From positions 8,308,001-8,372,000 of the forward strand of contig CM060733.1 in NCBI GenBank assembly GCA_030704615.1: a stretch of DNA of 64,000 nt, written 5' to 3'. The position numbers were made by a program, and so were the translations under genes. Positions 45,666 to 58,340 of this stretch are shown here, piece after piece (within the stretch, counting starts at the first letter, position 1; every line of letters starts with the position of its first letter). The notes below the pieces were generated by a model. That model was not told where the DNA came from. It ran no database searches and saw only the letters and a program-made list of their open reading frames with translations. Source of the stretch: Takakia lepidozioides. Its lineage: Eukaryota > Plantae > Bryophyta.

Positions 45666-46799
45666 TTAGGCATCCTTTCATGGTCCTCTTTCGCTAGACC
45701 AACTGCAAACTGCACATAAAATCCAGCTAATCCAACTGAAAATTTTGATTGAATTGTTCTCCAGTAATGTTACTTCCTTGTAATGTTGCTTGCTTGCTTG
45801 CTTGCCTTTGGAGCACGCCAAGGTCTGAATTTCAATGATACAGGGTGACTATTTCAACTATAAAAGAGTCCTTAAACAATTTTGTAAACGCCAATATTCC
45901 TCAATAACCCAAGTTGTTATTTTTAAAGAATTTCTCATGACAAAAATGCTTGAAATTCAGTATCTCCCACATTGTAGGTCCAAACATTATGAAACCACCT
46001 CGATGTACCTCTACTCATTGAGGGCTTTCCAAAGGTATTAAGACCCCAGGTGGAAACCTTGCGGGTTGGGAGATCTCAATGATGAAACAAAACAAACAAA
46101 GTATGTTGCTTAATTTATCAATTGTTTTCCTTTGTTAACCCAAAAAAAACTTGCAATCTTGACTGTTGAAGAACATAGGATTCGTCCTTTGAGCTCTCAT
46201 ATGGTAGGTCAACCTTTAGACAATTTGTGTTCCAAATTATCCCTCAATGCTTTACCTAAACACCCGCAAGGCCCAAAACGGATCGAATTGGTTGTTTAAG
46301 GATGTGTAACTTTTTGCAGATATGGGCCGAATTCCCCATATTTGGTGCGTGCACATGGTATCCATATCAGTGTAGATCCTACATGCAAAGGCGATTGGCT
46401 AGCTATTGAGAGGAGCCAATAAGCTATTAGGTTTCCAATGGCCATACGGCTACGGCTGGGGTGGCTCCCACCCGTTTTATGTTAAATCTTTTCTCTTTCT
46501 CTCTAGCCTTGCACACATTGCTCATTATCCCTTGCAAGTTGTTTTTAATGCAAGTTGTCTTTCATGCTAAAAAACACTAACTTTCTAACGGGATCTTTCA
46601 CGTGACAATTCCACACCCGCCTTCCTTTTACCAAGTGCCAAGTAGCGTAATGTCTTCCGAATGCTAAGATTTTGGGTTTGTTAAAAGAAGAATGTCGCAG
46701 ATCTGTTAAGTTGCCTCCATCAGGCCCAACAGATTTCAACCCAACATACACAATCTACAAAATCCCCTCTGTACTTTTATTCCTTTCACCAAAAAATGG

Positions 46800-47030
46800 T
46801 AGTTGAAGTGGGGTACATCTTTACCTCCTCACACTGATTGGAAGGCCATTTGGAAAGAGGTGTGGCTTAAATCTAGATCGGCGAAGGTTTCGGGATTCCT
46901 TTGGAAGCTTATCCACCGCATTCTGCCTATTGGTGCTCGGATTTCTGACCCTCCCTCTCATTGTAGGATGTATTCCATGGGTTGTGCTGAGACACTGGAA
47001 TACAGTCTTTTTCAATTGCAACTTTGCTTC
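46800..47030 (+). mobile_element. LINE ORF2 C-terminal fragment (zf-RVT-like)
   Basis: DWKAIWKEVWLKSRSAKVSGFLWKLIHRILPIGARI...CRMYSMGCAETLEYSLF matches the W..W..KV..FLW...H..LP......C..C...ET..H.F pattern of plant L1 elements. Confidence 0.7.
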
Positions 47031-47849
47031 ACAAATACAACTGTTGTAGAGTTAAGATGCACATCAGTCCATTTCTTAAATCAAGAATCTAATTAATGGT
47101 AATATAAAACGTTCGTTGCCAATATATTTGATAATTATGTAGGTACAATATCGTCAAGCATAGTTGCAAGCAATTAGTGCTCCTCAATTTCTGACGCATA
47201 GTAGGTTCAAGTTATAGATCCTCCACTGAAGTGGTAAGTAGTTCCGAAGGAAAGCTCATCCCTATGATGTATCACTTTGATTTTTGAGAGTTTGTGGAGG
47301 TCGCGACTTGAAGATCCTATCATAAATGGACAAAGTTGTTTGTACACCTTGTTCACGAGTAGGCACAACATGATGTACATGTCTTAAAGTTTGTATTCCA
47401 ACATAAGTAGACGCAATGTGTGGAGAGATTTCACATGTTTGCATTTGCAGAGAAGGCACGTATGGTTGAACTTTCATAGAGGTTTGACATCCAATGTAAG
47501 TGTTTGTGACACATGATCATTGACTACTAACCAAGTCCGATGAGTGTTTGTTTGTAGCAAAACACAAGAGATTGTTGTCTCAGTTAGATGACGTCTCATT
47601 CAAAGGCTACAAATCAAGATATAATCTCTTGGTTGAATGTGCTTATCCATGATAAGATAGTTTTTCTATGCCAAAAGATTTGAACAAGTGTCTCTCGAAG
47701 CACCTTGATGGTAGTTGAAAAAAAAAATAAGGCTTGCAATTGAGCTACATGGATAAATTGAACCCTCCTATCTTCCCATCCTTAAGAGCATCCAATGTTT
47801 TCTTGTCATCACTTGTCCAGGATGACTCCTGACCCAATTTGGTGGTACG

Positions 47850-48450
47850 TGCTTCACGCATCAGAAGAGTTTCCAATAACTGGCGATCTTCTTTTTTCTT
47901 CTTCTTCCATGAGTTCGATAAAAGCAACTTCAATGTAGGGTGTAGAAGACGGTTCATCTGGCGCACTCCACTCCCAGTCTCTATGCGAGAAGTCTGATCT
48001 AGTGGGAAATTTGCATGTCACTTCCAAATCCTTCATCACATCCTTGCACATGCCTAGTGCCACAATCTCCTGATAGTCCAGTCCACCTTGCCCCCTGAAT
48101 CCCAAAACAACAGATTGTTCGCTCGCATATCATTGTGTATGACTCCAGCTCCGCGCACTACAGCCAATGCCACCCTTGATGTGGATGCCTCTGCAAGTGT
48201 GCAGTCTGCTAGGTCACTTTTTGGCTCACCTGTGTAAGATAGGATGATGCAACCCACATGCTCATCCCATACTGACCCAACCTCCACCACCTTCGGAACA
48301 ACACTCTCATGCGGGTTCTGTACCCCATAGATATCAAGTGTTCTCAAGTGGCCTCAATCATATCTGCACTAGTCACATTTAATTCGACCAATTGCTTATG
48401 ATTCACTTTGGATCTAAACAATCATAATATCCGCTAAAGTCTTGATGTCC
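47850..48450 (-). pseudogene. Atypical protein-kinase-like fragment
   Basis: IYGVQNPHESVVPKVVEVG...VALAVVRGAGVIHNDMRANNLLF contains an HxDxxxxN catalytic loop. No intact DFG or N-lobe; frameshifts; no introns evident. Confidence 0.45.
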
Positions 48451-49026
48451 CATCTCGTAACTTCAGCTCTTGATATTGGAGTGCTATAGTAGCTATCTCC
48501 ATCCATCATACTATCAGATTTTGAGTCTATGGTTTTTTATGTCAATGAAGACTAGTAATATTGGATGAATGTTTTAAATGACCAAAGATTGAAGCACATG
48601 TCTCCACGAGCTACCTATGTTGTTATGAAACTAGGGCAGATGAAGGATATTAACTATACCATCATAGCTGCACCAAAATCATTCAATACTACATTAACAC
48701 ATTGTAACAATACGTAGGAAAATTTGCAACACATGAGAAGCCATATCTTCCCACTACAACTGGTCATCTTGCATGTTCTACAATGTTGGGCAGTTCAACA
48801 GTGCCTCTGCCATTTTACTTTTGGAACCTTTGAACCATTTCTTCATTCAACTGACGTGAGAAGACTATATATATGAGAACATCATAAACAAAATTTAGAA
48901 CAGCGATTCAGTGGTGTGCACATGCAAATGTATTGATATCTTCCTACACAAATCTCACACTAATAATTTGTCATTCTGCAACAATATATGCTAGAGCTTA
49001 CTTGTACAAGTCACAATGTAGTACCC

Positions 49027-49497
49027 TCAATTTGTCCACAAAACCAAAATATGATAGCTACTAGTGGAGCAGTAAACAACTAAGCCTCCTCCGTCCGTCA
49101 CCTTCAGACCAATCCCGCCTTGGCAGTCCTGGCCATGAGGAACAAAGCTGCCGGAGGCCCATATAGCGGAATTCGTTCCATTAGGGAGTATGCCATAGAT
49201 CACCAAGTTTCCATCGTACTGCATAACGAGGATGCAGCTGGAAGCTTTGGAATAGGTATCTGTGGCCCACTGTGCTTTCAAGGCACCGGCCATATTGTTC
49301 TCCTGATACAACACCAAATTGCAGTCATCCTGCATCACTAGCAAGTATTGAGAATTGTCACTCATCATAAAATATTCTGGGTTCAGTTGGCTTGGAGCCA
49401 TTAGGCAACCAATTCGGCAAGGGGAATCATCAGCAGAGGATGAATCTATAATGAATGCAAGCACTAGAAGGATTAACACAACCATGGCAACACCCAT
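49027..49497 (-). CDS. Secreted GNA/bulb-type mannose-binding lectin, 156 aa
   Basis: Hydrophobic signal peptide (MGVAMVVLILLVLAFIIDSSSA); QxDxNxVxY sites MQDDCNLVLY and MQYDGNLVIY, degenerate third site VTDGGGLVVY; WAT/WAS motifs; TATA-like TATAAGTA about 110 bp upstream. Confidence 0.9.
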   Translation of the reverse strand: MGVAMVVLILLVLAFIIDSSSADDSPCRIGCLMAPSQLNPEYFMMSDNSQYLLVMQDDCNLVLYQENNMAGALKAQWATDTYSKASSCILVMQYDGNLVIYGILPNGTNSAIWASGSFVPHGQDCQGGIGLKVTDGGGLVVYCSTSSYHILVLWTN

Positions 49498-52400
49498 GGT
49501 GCTCGTGTACTAAAGATTCAAACCAACAACCTACAATCCCTGCCTCCCCAATCCCGGACTACACTACATATCTTCGAATCATCACACAAGACAAATGGTA
49601 GAAACATACTTATAACTCTCCTCCTACCAGGGATACACGCCTTGGGCTATTGGTAATCCATGGGGTGCCATGTGGCGCTACCAGCTTGTGCTGAGTGTGG
49701 TGAACAGCCTGTAGAGGTAGTTGGCAATGTAAAAACCAATGTTGGTAGGTTATTTATTTTTGTCTCTAATAACAGTTGGTTATCTATCCGGTTATATATA
49801 TATATATGGAATGAGAAGTTTTCCCTTCATGTGTTTTCTTCTTGTCTTTGTCGTTCTCTTTGAATTTCTTTGTTAAGTTACGTTGGTCACAGGGTGGTAT
49901 CCCTGCTCTAAGCCTTTACGGCCCCGCCTGGTTATTTTTGTTCATGTCCTATTAATGCTACTTATAGGGCCTGAGCCATCCTTGTTTTTAAAATTAAAAT
50001 TAATTAAATACGAAATAATATTTTTGTAAAATTAAGAAAAGGGGAGGAAGCTTTATTAAATCTACATTTCAATCTTTATAAGCGGTTAATTGCAAATCTG
50101 AGCCAACAAAAAACAAAAAACAAAAAAAAACTCTGAGCAAATTTCCAGGGGTACTGAGAAGTTAAGCCTCTCGCCATCCCTCTATCTTTCTTGCGGGTAT
50201 TTGTGAAGACCTCTCTTGTGGGAATTCTGAAAGGCAGCAGCCATGGACGACTATATGATGAACATACACCAACCGCGACAAAACATGTTGGATATAGTGA
50301 TGGAAAATGTTTCAGCATCTGCCAAGGTCATGTCTGATTTCCCATATTCCAAATTAAGACTACATTTGACACAATCCACCACCCCTTGTGCCTCATAGAA
50401 GGAACGTGTTGGAGGAAAACGAAGCTTGCATCATTTTGTTGATGATTGCAATTATCTACAGGAGAGAGTGACTTCTGTATGATCCAACATCTGCATATAG
50501 ATGTTATACCATAACCTGGTTTACCCTAAAAATGTCAAGTTTAACTTTGGTTGTTGCATGAGTCTATGGCTGGAGCCTACACTGGTGCAATACTCATTGG
50601 GAGATTTGAGGACCTATAACTCACAGAGACAATAAGACCACAAATATTGCTGACTGGATATGAATGGGGTTGTAGATTACAAGAAATATGACACCTTTGA
50701 AAAACCTTCCCCACAATCTCCACCTTGACGTTAAAGTGGCTTCAAAGACGACTAGGTAATGCGTTGTGTAGACGTGTGGATTACTCAAAGTCATTCAATT
50801 TAGAGTAATAGTTCTAATAAGGGGTCATCTGAGAAGCACAAAGTTTTTCAACATGTGCAGAGAGGACCAAGTATAAGCCGCATGTTGTATGCCGGAAAAA
50901 TCAACGCCAAAGAGACCACCAAGCAGCGCCTTGCGTGTACTTGCATAACATTTTTCCTCTCTAGTTTTCTGTTTTTGGTTCTTAAGTCTCATAAACCAAG
51001 ATGCACACATTTGGAGGCGAGTTGTTGTTTTTTTTTTTTTTTGGGTGTGCGCGAGGAGGAGGTGGTGAGTTTTCGCAATGTAGTAAGGGAAAAAGTAAGG
51101 GACGTTCACAATAATAGACAAGAATCAATATGAAAGAGTAAAAATAAACTTCTCTTCTCCATGCAAACCAGGTCGTGGTCTATGGCCCCAGCATAAGCAA
51201 CATGAATTAATCGACATTCAACATTGATTTATTTGAGATCCTACCAAAGCATGATTCAATGTGGATCTGTGCTAGCTAGCATGCAGCCTGGCATGAAGAG
51301 ACACTCAAAGCTGCAGGCCAGTTCAATAGGATGACAGGTTTTCTAATGGTCTACCCCACATGTGTTCTCCATTTCCTTGAGGTATACTCTTGTGTACCTA
51401 TTTGCTGAGAGATCAATTCTCCCCAGTTGCTATCAAGGGTTGTTCCAGCTTCAATTTAATCTCTAGCTAAGGAACCAACTTGATTTTTTTATGTCTCTAT
51501 CAATCGTGCAAATGGCGTTGGATCATATCTCAAGTTCAAACAATTTTCCTATTAAGCAAGTGTAGAATGCTTGCATGAATACCTTGCATTATGAACATGT
51601 GTCTTGTGACAAGCGAAACTCCCAAAAGAGTAACTCAGTTTACCTTCCCTTCCAATTCTACCAATACACATGCAATTTTGTCAGGTTGATTAGCTAAATA
51701 TGGGTATCATGTGCTGATTCAAAAATAAATGCATGAATGTAGGCAGAGACACCAGTGCTTCTGACGATGCTCCACACACTACGCATGACTGCTGAATCAC
51801 AATCGCCCATGCTGGAAGGAGTTTGTGTCCTTACATGGACTGAAGAAGTATCCTACCAACCCTCTCTCTTCTTCCTGGAAGCTCCGTTGCAATTAGTTTT
51901 AAGTGCTGCTCACTCCCTTGTTTTCTAGCAAGGCTGCAATCTTATTACCGTGCGGCCACTAGCTATTAACAGAAATCAATATTGATAAACTGCCAAACTA
52001 ATGAAGAAAATAGAAACCCTATTGTTTCAACATCACTCCAGTCAGTGATGATGAAGAATTGATGCAGGTAGCATTACGAGCATTCCCCCAATGGATGACT
52101 GTATTTGTGAAATCTGAAAATTTTGGTCCATATGAGTACACCATGGAGGATTTCAACGTCTTGAATGCGGTGAGATTTTCTATCATCTTGAATCAAGTCA
52201 CTTCTATATAAAGAAAAGAGAGCCCACATGACGAACAAACTTGCTCATTGTTCAGGTGGAGATGATTGTTGAGCTTCCATATGTGCAAGCTCAAGATACT
52301 GAGAATTGATTCCTCTTTTTATGGAAGGGCGATCTTGTTGTGATTCAATTTACAATGATGCCTTGGCAGGTATCTAACATGAATCTGAACATGCTGAAGT

Positions 52401-54399
52401 GGGGAAGACAACTCACTGACATGGACAAGGTAAGATTTGCTGGATAATCAACATGTTTTATCATTGGTCTTGCACTACAACCCCATCCATCCCTTCTTCT
52501 GCATCCACCCTATGTCTCCCCTGCTGCACATAAAGAAGAATTCAAACAAATATTTTCAAGAGTCACATTGGCATAGTAGGACTCAGGAGCCACATTCTTC
52601 GTCAGCTAACACTCATAATGAGATAGTTTGTCTTGAGCAGGACGAACGGGTGTTGGCATTGGAATCATTGCGGGCAACAGCCGAAGATCTACTACCTTAT
52701 GATCCGGCAGAGATATATGCCCGTACTAATACTGGCCCCTTTCACCACCCTGTCCTCATCCTACCAAAGCAAGGAGAGCCACGGCCCACAACTAGAGAGA
52801 CACAAGAGAGTCAGAGTTTTTGAAGTTGGGAGTTGGGACCTGTTAATTCATCAAGCTTGTGCATAAAAAAGAATAACAAATGTGTTAAGTGTGTGCTCTG
52901 CTATCGAGGTGTGGTGCTATGGTAGGTGTCAATCTAAATGCCAACATAAAGCACAACCAATTCAAGCCTAATTAATTAAAGTCCGACAAGCTTTAGACAC
53001 AAAGGCCATCCAGAAGAGAGAAACAAGGGGATCATTGAGCCGGCCATCCGGAAGAAAAAAAATCCTTAATGATCTGGATGCACAGTCATTAAACACCTCC
53101 CTCCATTATGTCTCGCCAAATGTTCCCAATGGTAGGTCTGTGGAACCTATAGTAGGATGTGGATGTCAACTACTAAATTCACTTCCCTATAGTTTGTTGT
53201 CAGGGAGCATCATAGCATGTTCAAGCTGCTTTTATGTCAAACTGGAGTACTCAAGTTATTATCCTCAGGCCTGTGTTGTAGGTTAAAATCTCATATAAGA
53301 TAGTGTCTTTCTCTCTCTGTTGTTGTCTTCGGATGGTGGATTTTCATTTCTGAGGCACATAAGAACAGTCATCATTTGGTTGTGTGATATGTGCCAATCT
53401 CAAGCAGTCTTGCAGGCAGAGAAAACACCAAAGCTGGATGAGTTTCTCGACTTTGCAACATGCCCCATGGAAATCGTGTACGACTCAGATATCCTTCCCT
53501 CCACCTTTTATATGCTTTCAGTTCATGGTATTTTTGTCTGCTAATTGCTTTCATGAGCCTACCCTTGTTGAGAGTCCGTTGCCAATAAAATTTAAATTTG
53601 CATGTGACATCCCCTCGAGGCCGGTAGTGTGGTTCAGGGTCTTGTTTAGAAAAAGAAGGATAGACAGAGAGGTACTACTCATTTAAATGTTGTGTAAACT
53701 AGTTGCCCTATATCCCATCATCAATGAGAGAGGATGAGAGAGGCTTTGGCCTATCATGCATGCAAAAAATTAGCAAGCACATCGCTCACGAAAATGATGA
53801 ACTTAACATACCTCACATTTGGTATGGCCCATGATGGAGATGCCAATCAGGCTATTCTGATTGACAAGAAATTGGAACCCAACTTGTAAGACAATCTGAT
53901 ACCATTCCTAGCATGATATCAAATTCAAATGTATAAGTTTAAAGAATGTAACTGTTATTTATCACAAGTAGTCTCTGAAATTCCTACAACAATCATATGT
54001 TGCACCTCACTATTCAAATTCAGGCATGCTGCAGACAACCCTACTTTAGTGACAATTAAACTTATGTGAACTGTCTGCAAATGGGCAGATGTACTAAAAT
54101 GACAATTGAACTTTGTCAATAATACAAGCTTCTACACCAACCTCCAAGTTCCTAGGGACCAAGCTGAGTAGAACTCACACTAAATCAAATAGTACACTTC
54201 TTTGCACAAACTACTTTCCCACTTAACTTTCTTAGCTCTGCAACTCTTAACCAAAGATACAAAGTACGTGCTGCTGTGTTTCTACATTTCTCCCTTGTCA
54301 ACATGGGTAAGAGAGAGAAAATACAAATTCACAACATTTTCAGTTTCAGTATGTATAGTGGTGCAGAGTTTTACAATGAATTAGTGAGGCATTTTTTGT

Positions 54400-56950
54400 T
54401 GAATAATTTTGATTTGATGTACTGTAATGGTAACTGAAACAGCTCGGTCACTAGCATCAATCTGCAACAGAAAGGGAACAGAGAAATCAGGAAATATTAG
54501 TATGGGAGCAGAAGTCACTGCTATTTTCAGTCTCTTAAAGGCCAATGCCTTAGTCTTACCCCACTGGTAAATATGTCCAAGCTTCTTTTGAGCAGTAGAT
54601 GTAATTGAGCCTGCTGGGAATCAGTTAGTTCACCCACCTTAATCTCAGCCAATACTTGTTGAAAGTGAACTTCCTGCTCAGCAATTAGGCTGTGATTTGT
54701 TGAGGTTGCAGCTAGACTGGTCATGGCAATCAGACCGTCCAGAGGATCATCTTCCAGGCCAATGTCTCATAGATGCAAAGCTGGGTCCACCGAAGATATG
54801 TCACTAATGAGCACAGTAGTAAGCCTGGCCAGCACTTGACCCTTTTTAATGGTGGCCAGCATACGCTCTGGATTGGCAATCAGAATGCGAACATGACCCC
54901 TAAAACCTCTATCCAAAATCCCCGATGCAACTAGACAATGTTTTTGCAATGACATGCGCTTCTAACCCTCAATCTCAAGGTATTTGCCTTGTGGGCAGAT
55001 GAAAGCAAAGCCTGGAGACACAATGTGTACTTGAGACATAGCAGGTGATTGAACATTGGTAGGGGCTCTAAGAAGAAGGGTGTCACCCTTGACAGGCATG
55101 GGAGCACCGGTCTTGCAGCCAGCGGCAGGTATGTGTAAAAGCATTGTATGACTACTCTGAAAACCAAAGAATCGGGTCCAGTTGTAAGTGTCTCCAGCCC
55201 GTTGCTTGACTTCATGTGAGACAGCCTTCATGCAAGCAAGATGTCTGGTCCCACTGCCTGCTAAGATAGGGATCTGGTTCAAATTTACTTTGCAGCTGCC
55301 ACCTTCACCATCCTTCAAGGTCATAACATTAGTACAGAGATCAATGGAAGCCATGGCTTTAGTCATCCAATCTAATCCCAAAAGTAGTTGTTCTCCCATG
55401 GTTACAATTCCTATGATGGTGACGACTTTGCGACTGATCATTAATACTAGTACACTAACTAAACCAAGAGATTCATAGCTGGTACCATCAGCTATGGTGA
55501 CCTCAATACCCTTGGCATGAGACATTTTTAAACCCCAAGACTTGAACCACATGCAAAGGAATGGCAGAGACTGTAGAGCCCGTGTCTATGACACACTGAA
55601 ATGGTAAGTGGCCAATATGACACTGTGTCATCAAGGGGTGAACTCTCTCTCTATTTTGGCTTTCAACACCTCAGTATGTAGCAACTTAAAATTGGTGGAC
55701 ACAAGCAAAGTAGCTGAAGGTTTAGAAGGTCTACACCTATGATCACATGGCCCTTCCTTAGCAGATGACCTTACTCGTTTAAGCACCCTTACCCTTTTGA
55801 TCTCGTTTCCACTGCTCATAGATGGCAGGTAAGTCTGGCTGCATGGGGCAAAACCTGGTGCAGTGATCAGTGCTCTTACATATCAGACAGCTCGTTCCTG
55901 ACAACTTGAACCAGTATTGGTTCTACCTCTATGACTTGCCTTCTTTTCACCATCATCAGAAGTCTGCCATTGGCTTTCAATTTTGAAAGCCTGTAGCTCT
56001 GTCCTCACGGTATCCTGCACATTTCTCACAACAGCAAACAACAACTCCAGGTAGCCCTCATCCCCAGCAGTAGCAGTACATGCATCAACATCATGCAACA
56101 TGGCCTGAGACTTTTTGGTAGGAGCTAAACCTCTCTTTGCTGCTTTGATGCAAGCTCTTTCCTCAATGAGCTGAACCATCTCTTTGTCCGTTTTGTATGA
56201 ACTTTCCTCCAAAAACACCTGCTCAGCTGGTGGTAAACCTTTGATGAAGGAAATCTTGGTGGCCAAAGGCCTCTCAGCCACCACTAGCACTGCCTTGCAC
56301 ACTGCAGTCCTGATCTCTGCATAGTATTTCCATACGCTCTCTCCTATGCAAAACTTTCTTTCAGGAATGGCATAGTATGTGGGTTTAATCTCCTGAAACA
56401 GCTAATGAGCCAATTCTTTGGCCATCTTCCAGGAGATCTCCCCCATATCTTGGATACTAGCTTCAAACAAAATCTGAGTCTCTCCCTTTAAACAAAACCT
56501 GAACGTGCTGGCAACAAATTCTACTTGCACAACATTCATCTTCATGCTCAATTCAAAGAACCTCAGAAAATGATCAAAATTGTCACCTAGCTTAAACTTT
56601 GGGTATGGCTGTTTGACAGGTTTGGATTCATGAGGTTTGGCTGCAACTGTTGTCGTGGAATTAGCTTGCTTGTTTAACAAAAGAGCGAGACAATCGACAG
56701 AGATAGTTTTCATAGCATTCACAAAGATCATGTAAGTCCAAACCATCAGGATGATTGATGCCTCTTGAAGTCGCAGTAGGTTGTGTCTCAGGACCAGGAA
56801 CTAAAGATTTCATTACCAAAGATCTCCTTAATTCCTTCTTTCCATTAACTTATCTTGGCACTTTCAGACTCCAGTAGTTTAGCACGAGCCCTAGTCAGCA
56901 TTCACCAAGATAACGCAAATGAAAATCAAGGTACAGAGAAAATCACCTGT
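54400..56950 (-). mobile_element. Decayed Ty3/Gypsy-type retroelement: gag - CCHC knuckle - aspartic protease - dUTPase - (RT core deleted) - RT/RNase H connection
   Basis: Gag start MLTRARAK (ATG at 56901); capsid-like PKFKLGDNFDHFLRFFE...FRFCLKGETQILF; knuckle CLICKSTDHCTRFCP (~55845-55890); protease CVIDTGSTVSAI (~55565-55600) and VTIADG...LLLGLDWM; dUTPase-like GILDRGFRGHVRILIAN...IKKGQVLARL; AFKRLKIAVTSAPILIFPDFSVPFLLQIDASD (~54445-54543). Many stops and frameshifts. Confidence 0.85.
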
Positions 56951-58340
56951 CACTAGGATGCAGCATGCACTTCTCCCAATCCGTGACCGTGTAGGAAGAG
57001 ATAAAACGGTGATCATGACTGAGATACACATCTTCACCTTGTAGATGCTAGAGTGATTGTGTCATCTTGAGCCAAAATGCAACGTGGGTCACCGTGCGTA
57101 CAACGACGCAACGGTGTGAGCGTATGCTCACACATTGGTGACATGGCGTGAGCGTGATGTCAACAGGTTGACATGGAGATAAATGCTGACGTGGCGCTGC
57201 CCCATCATCTGCCATGTCAATATAAACATACGGCGCCTATATCTGAGGAGGGTCCTATGACCGTGGGATTAATCTAGGCAATCGTTGGCTGAATACAATG
57301 AAGAGTACCAACAAATACCCGAAATGGGAAATAAGCCTACAACTGTGGCATCCATTCCACAACATTCTGCAATTAGAATTGTAAGTTTCACTATTACAAT
57401 TACAAGGACGACAAAATAACCTCACACTTTGAGTGAGTGCCATAGAGGCTGACACGGGAAGACCCTGCTCCCTCCCCAAATAACAATGAGAACTCTTACA
57501 ACTTGCCACAGAGGGGGAATGCTTGCGCGTGAGCTTGTAAGCCTGGCTAGGCTCACGCCACATCAGCAAGCATCCACATGTGCAAGGCCTAATTCCGTGC
57601 TCCCTCCCCCCCATTTCCGCGGAACGGATGGCGCCTATGTCCTTATTTTTTGAACCGTCTTGATCGCCCCCACATTAATATTCTTTCCGGCCGAGGAACA
57701 ATGGAAGGTTTGTGGATGGTTTAGGATTTAGGACATGATTTTGGATAGAGAAGAACGCCCGCTAGGGAATTGAAAATTAACAACAAAGCCTTCTTTTGCA
57801 ACGTAGTTCCTGCATTCCAACCCACAAACATTTTCCAATGCTGGAATCTCTAGACGTACATCAGGCAATCCCTAAATGTACTTTCCGGAACGCGCGAAGA
57901 ATTTGTAGAACAGGTTCGCAATGATTGCAACACCAAAACACAATTTATTAAGCCTCTGTACATGAACCTCACGAACTACTGGAGGTTTAAGAGGAATCAC
58001 TTCCAGAGTCTGCAGCAATATCATCTATGAACACAGCAGCCCGTCCGTGACGTTTTTTTCTGCCATAGAGAGGCGAATACATTGTTTGTTGGGACAACAC
58101 CCGTGCGCATGATTCCGCGTAAATAGGAAAGTGGTAAGCTCGAGGGGGATTTGGGGTCATGTAACATCCTTGGAAACCGAAAGGTGTCTGCTGATTCGAT
58201 GACTGGTGCCGCACTCTGGAAAGCAAAAAGAGGAATGGTGATAGATGTCATCATCCATAAATATGCCATGGAAGCAACCATCTCTCGAACAGGAATGACA
58301 CAAGGGAATGCAACATCTATTTCACGACAAGAAGCTGAAC

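Noticed and set aside
54040-57250. Paired LTRs for the dUTPase-Gypsy element
   Set aside because: TGTCAC (~56949) and GTGACA (~54050) ends exist, but no shared LTR sequence, canonical PBS or PPT could be confirmed.
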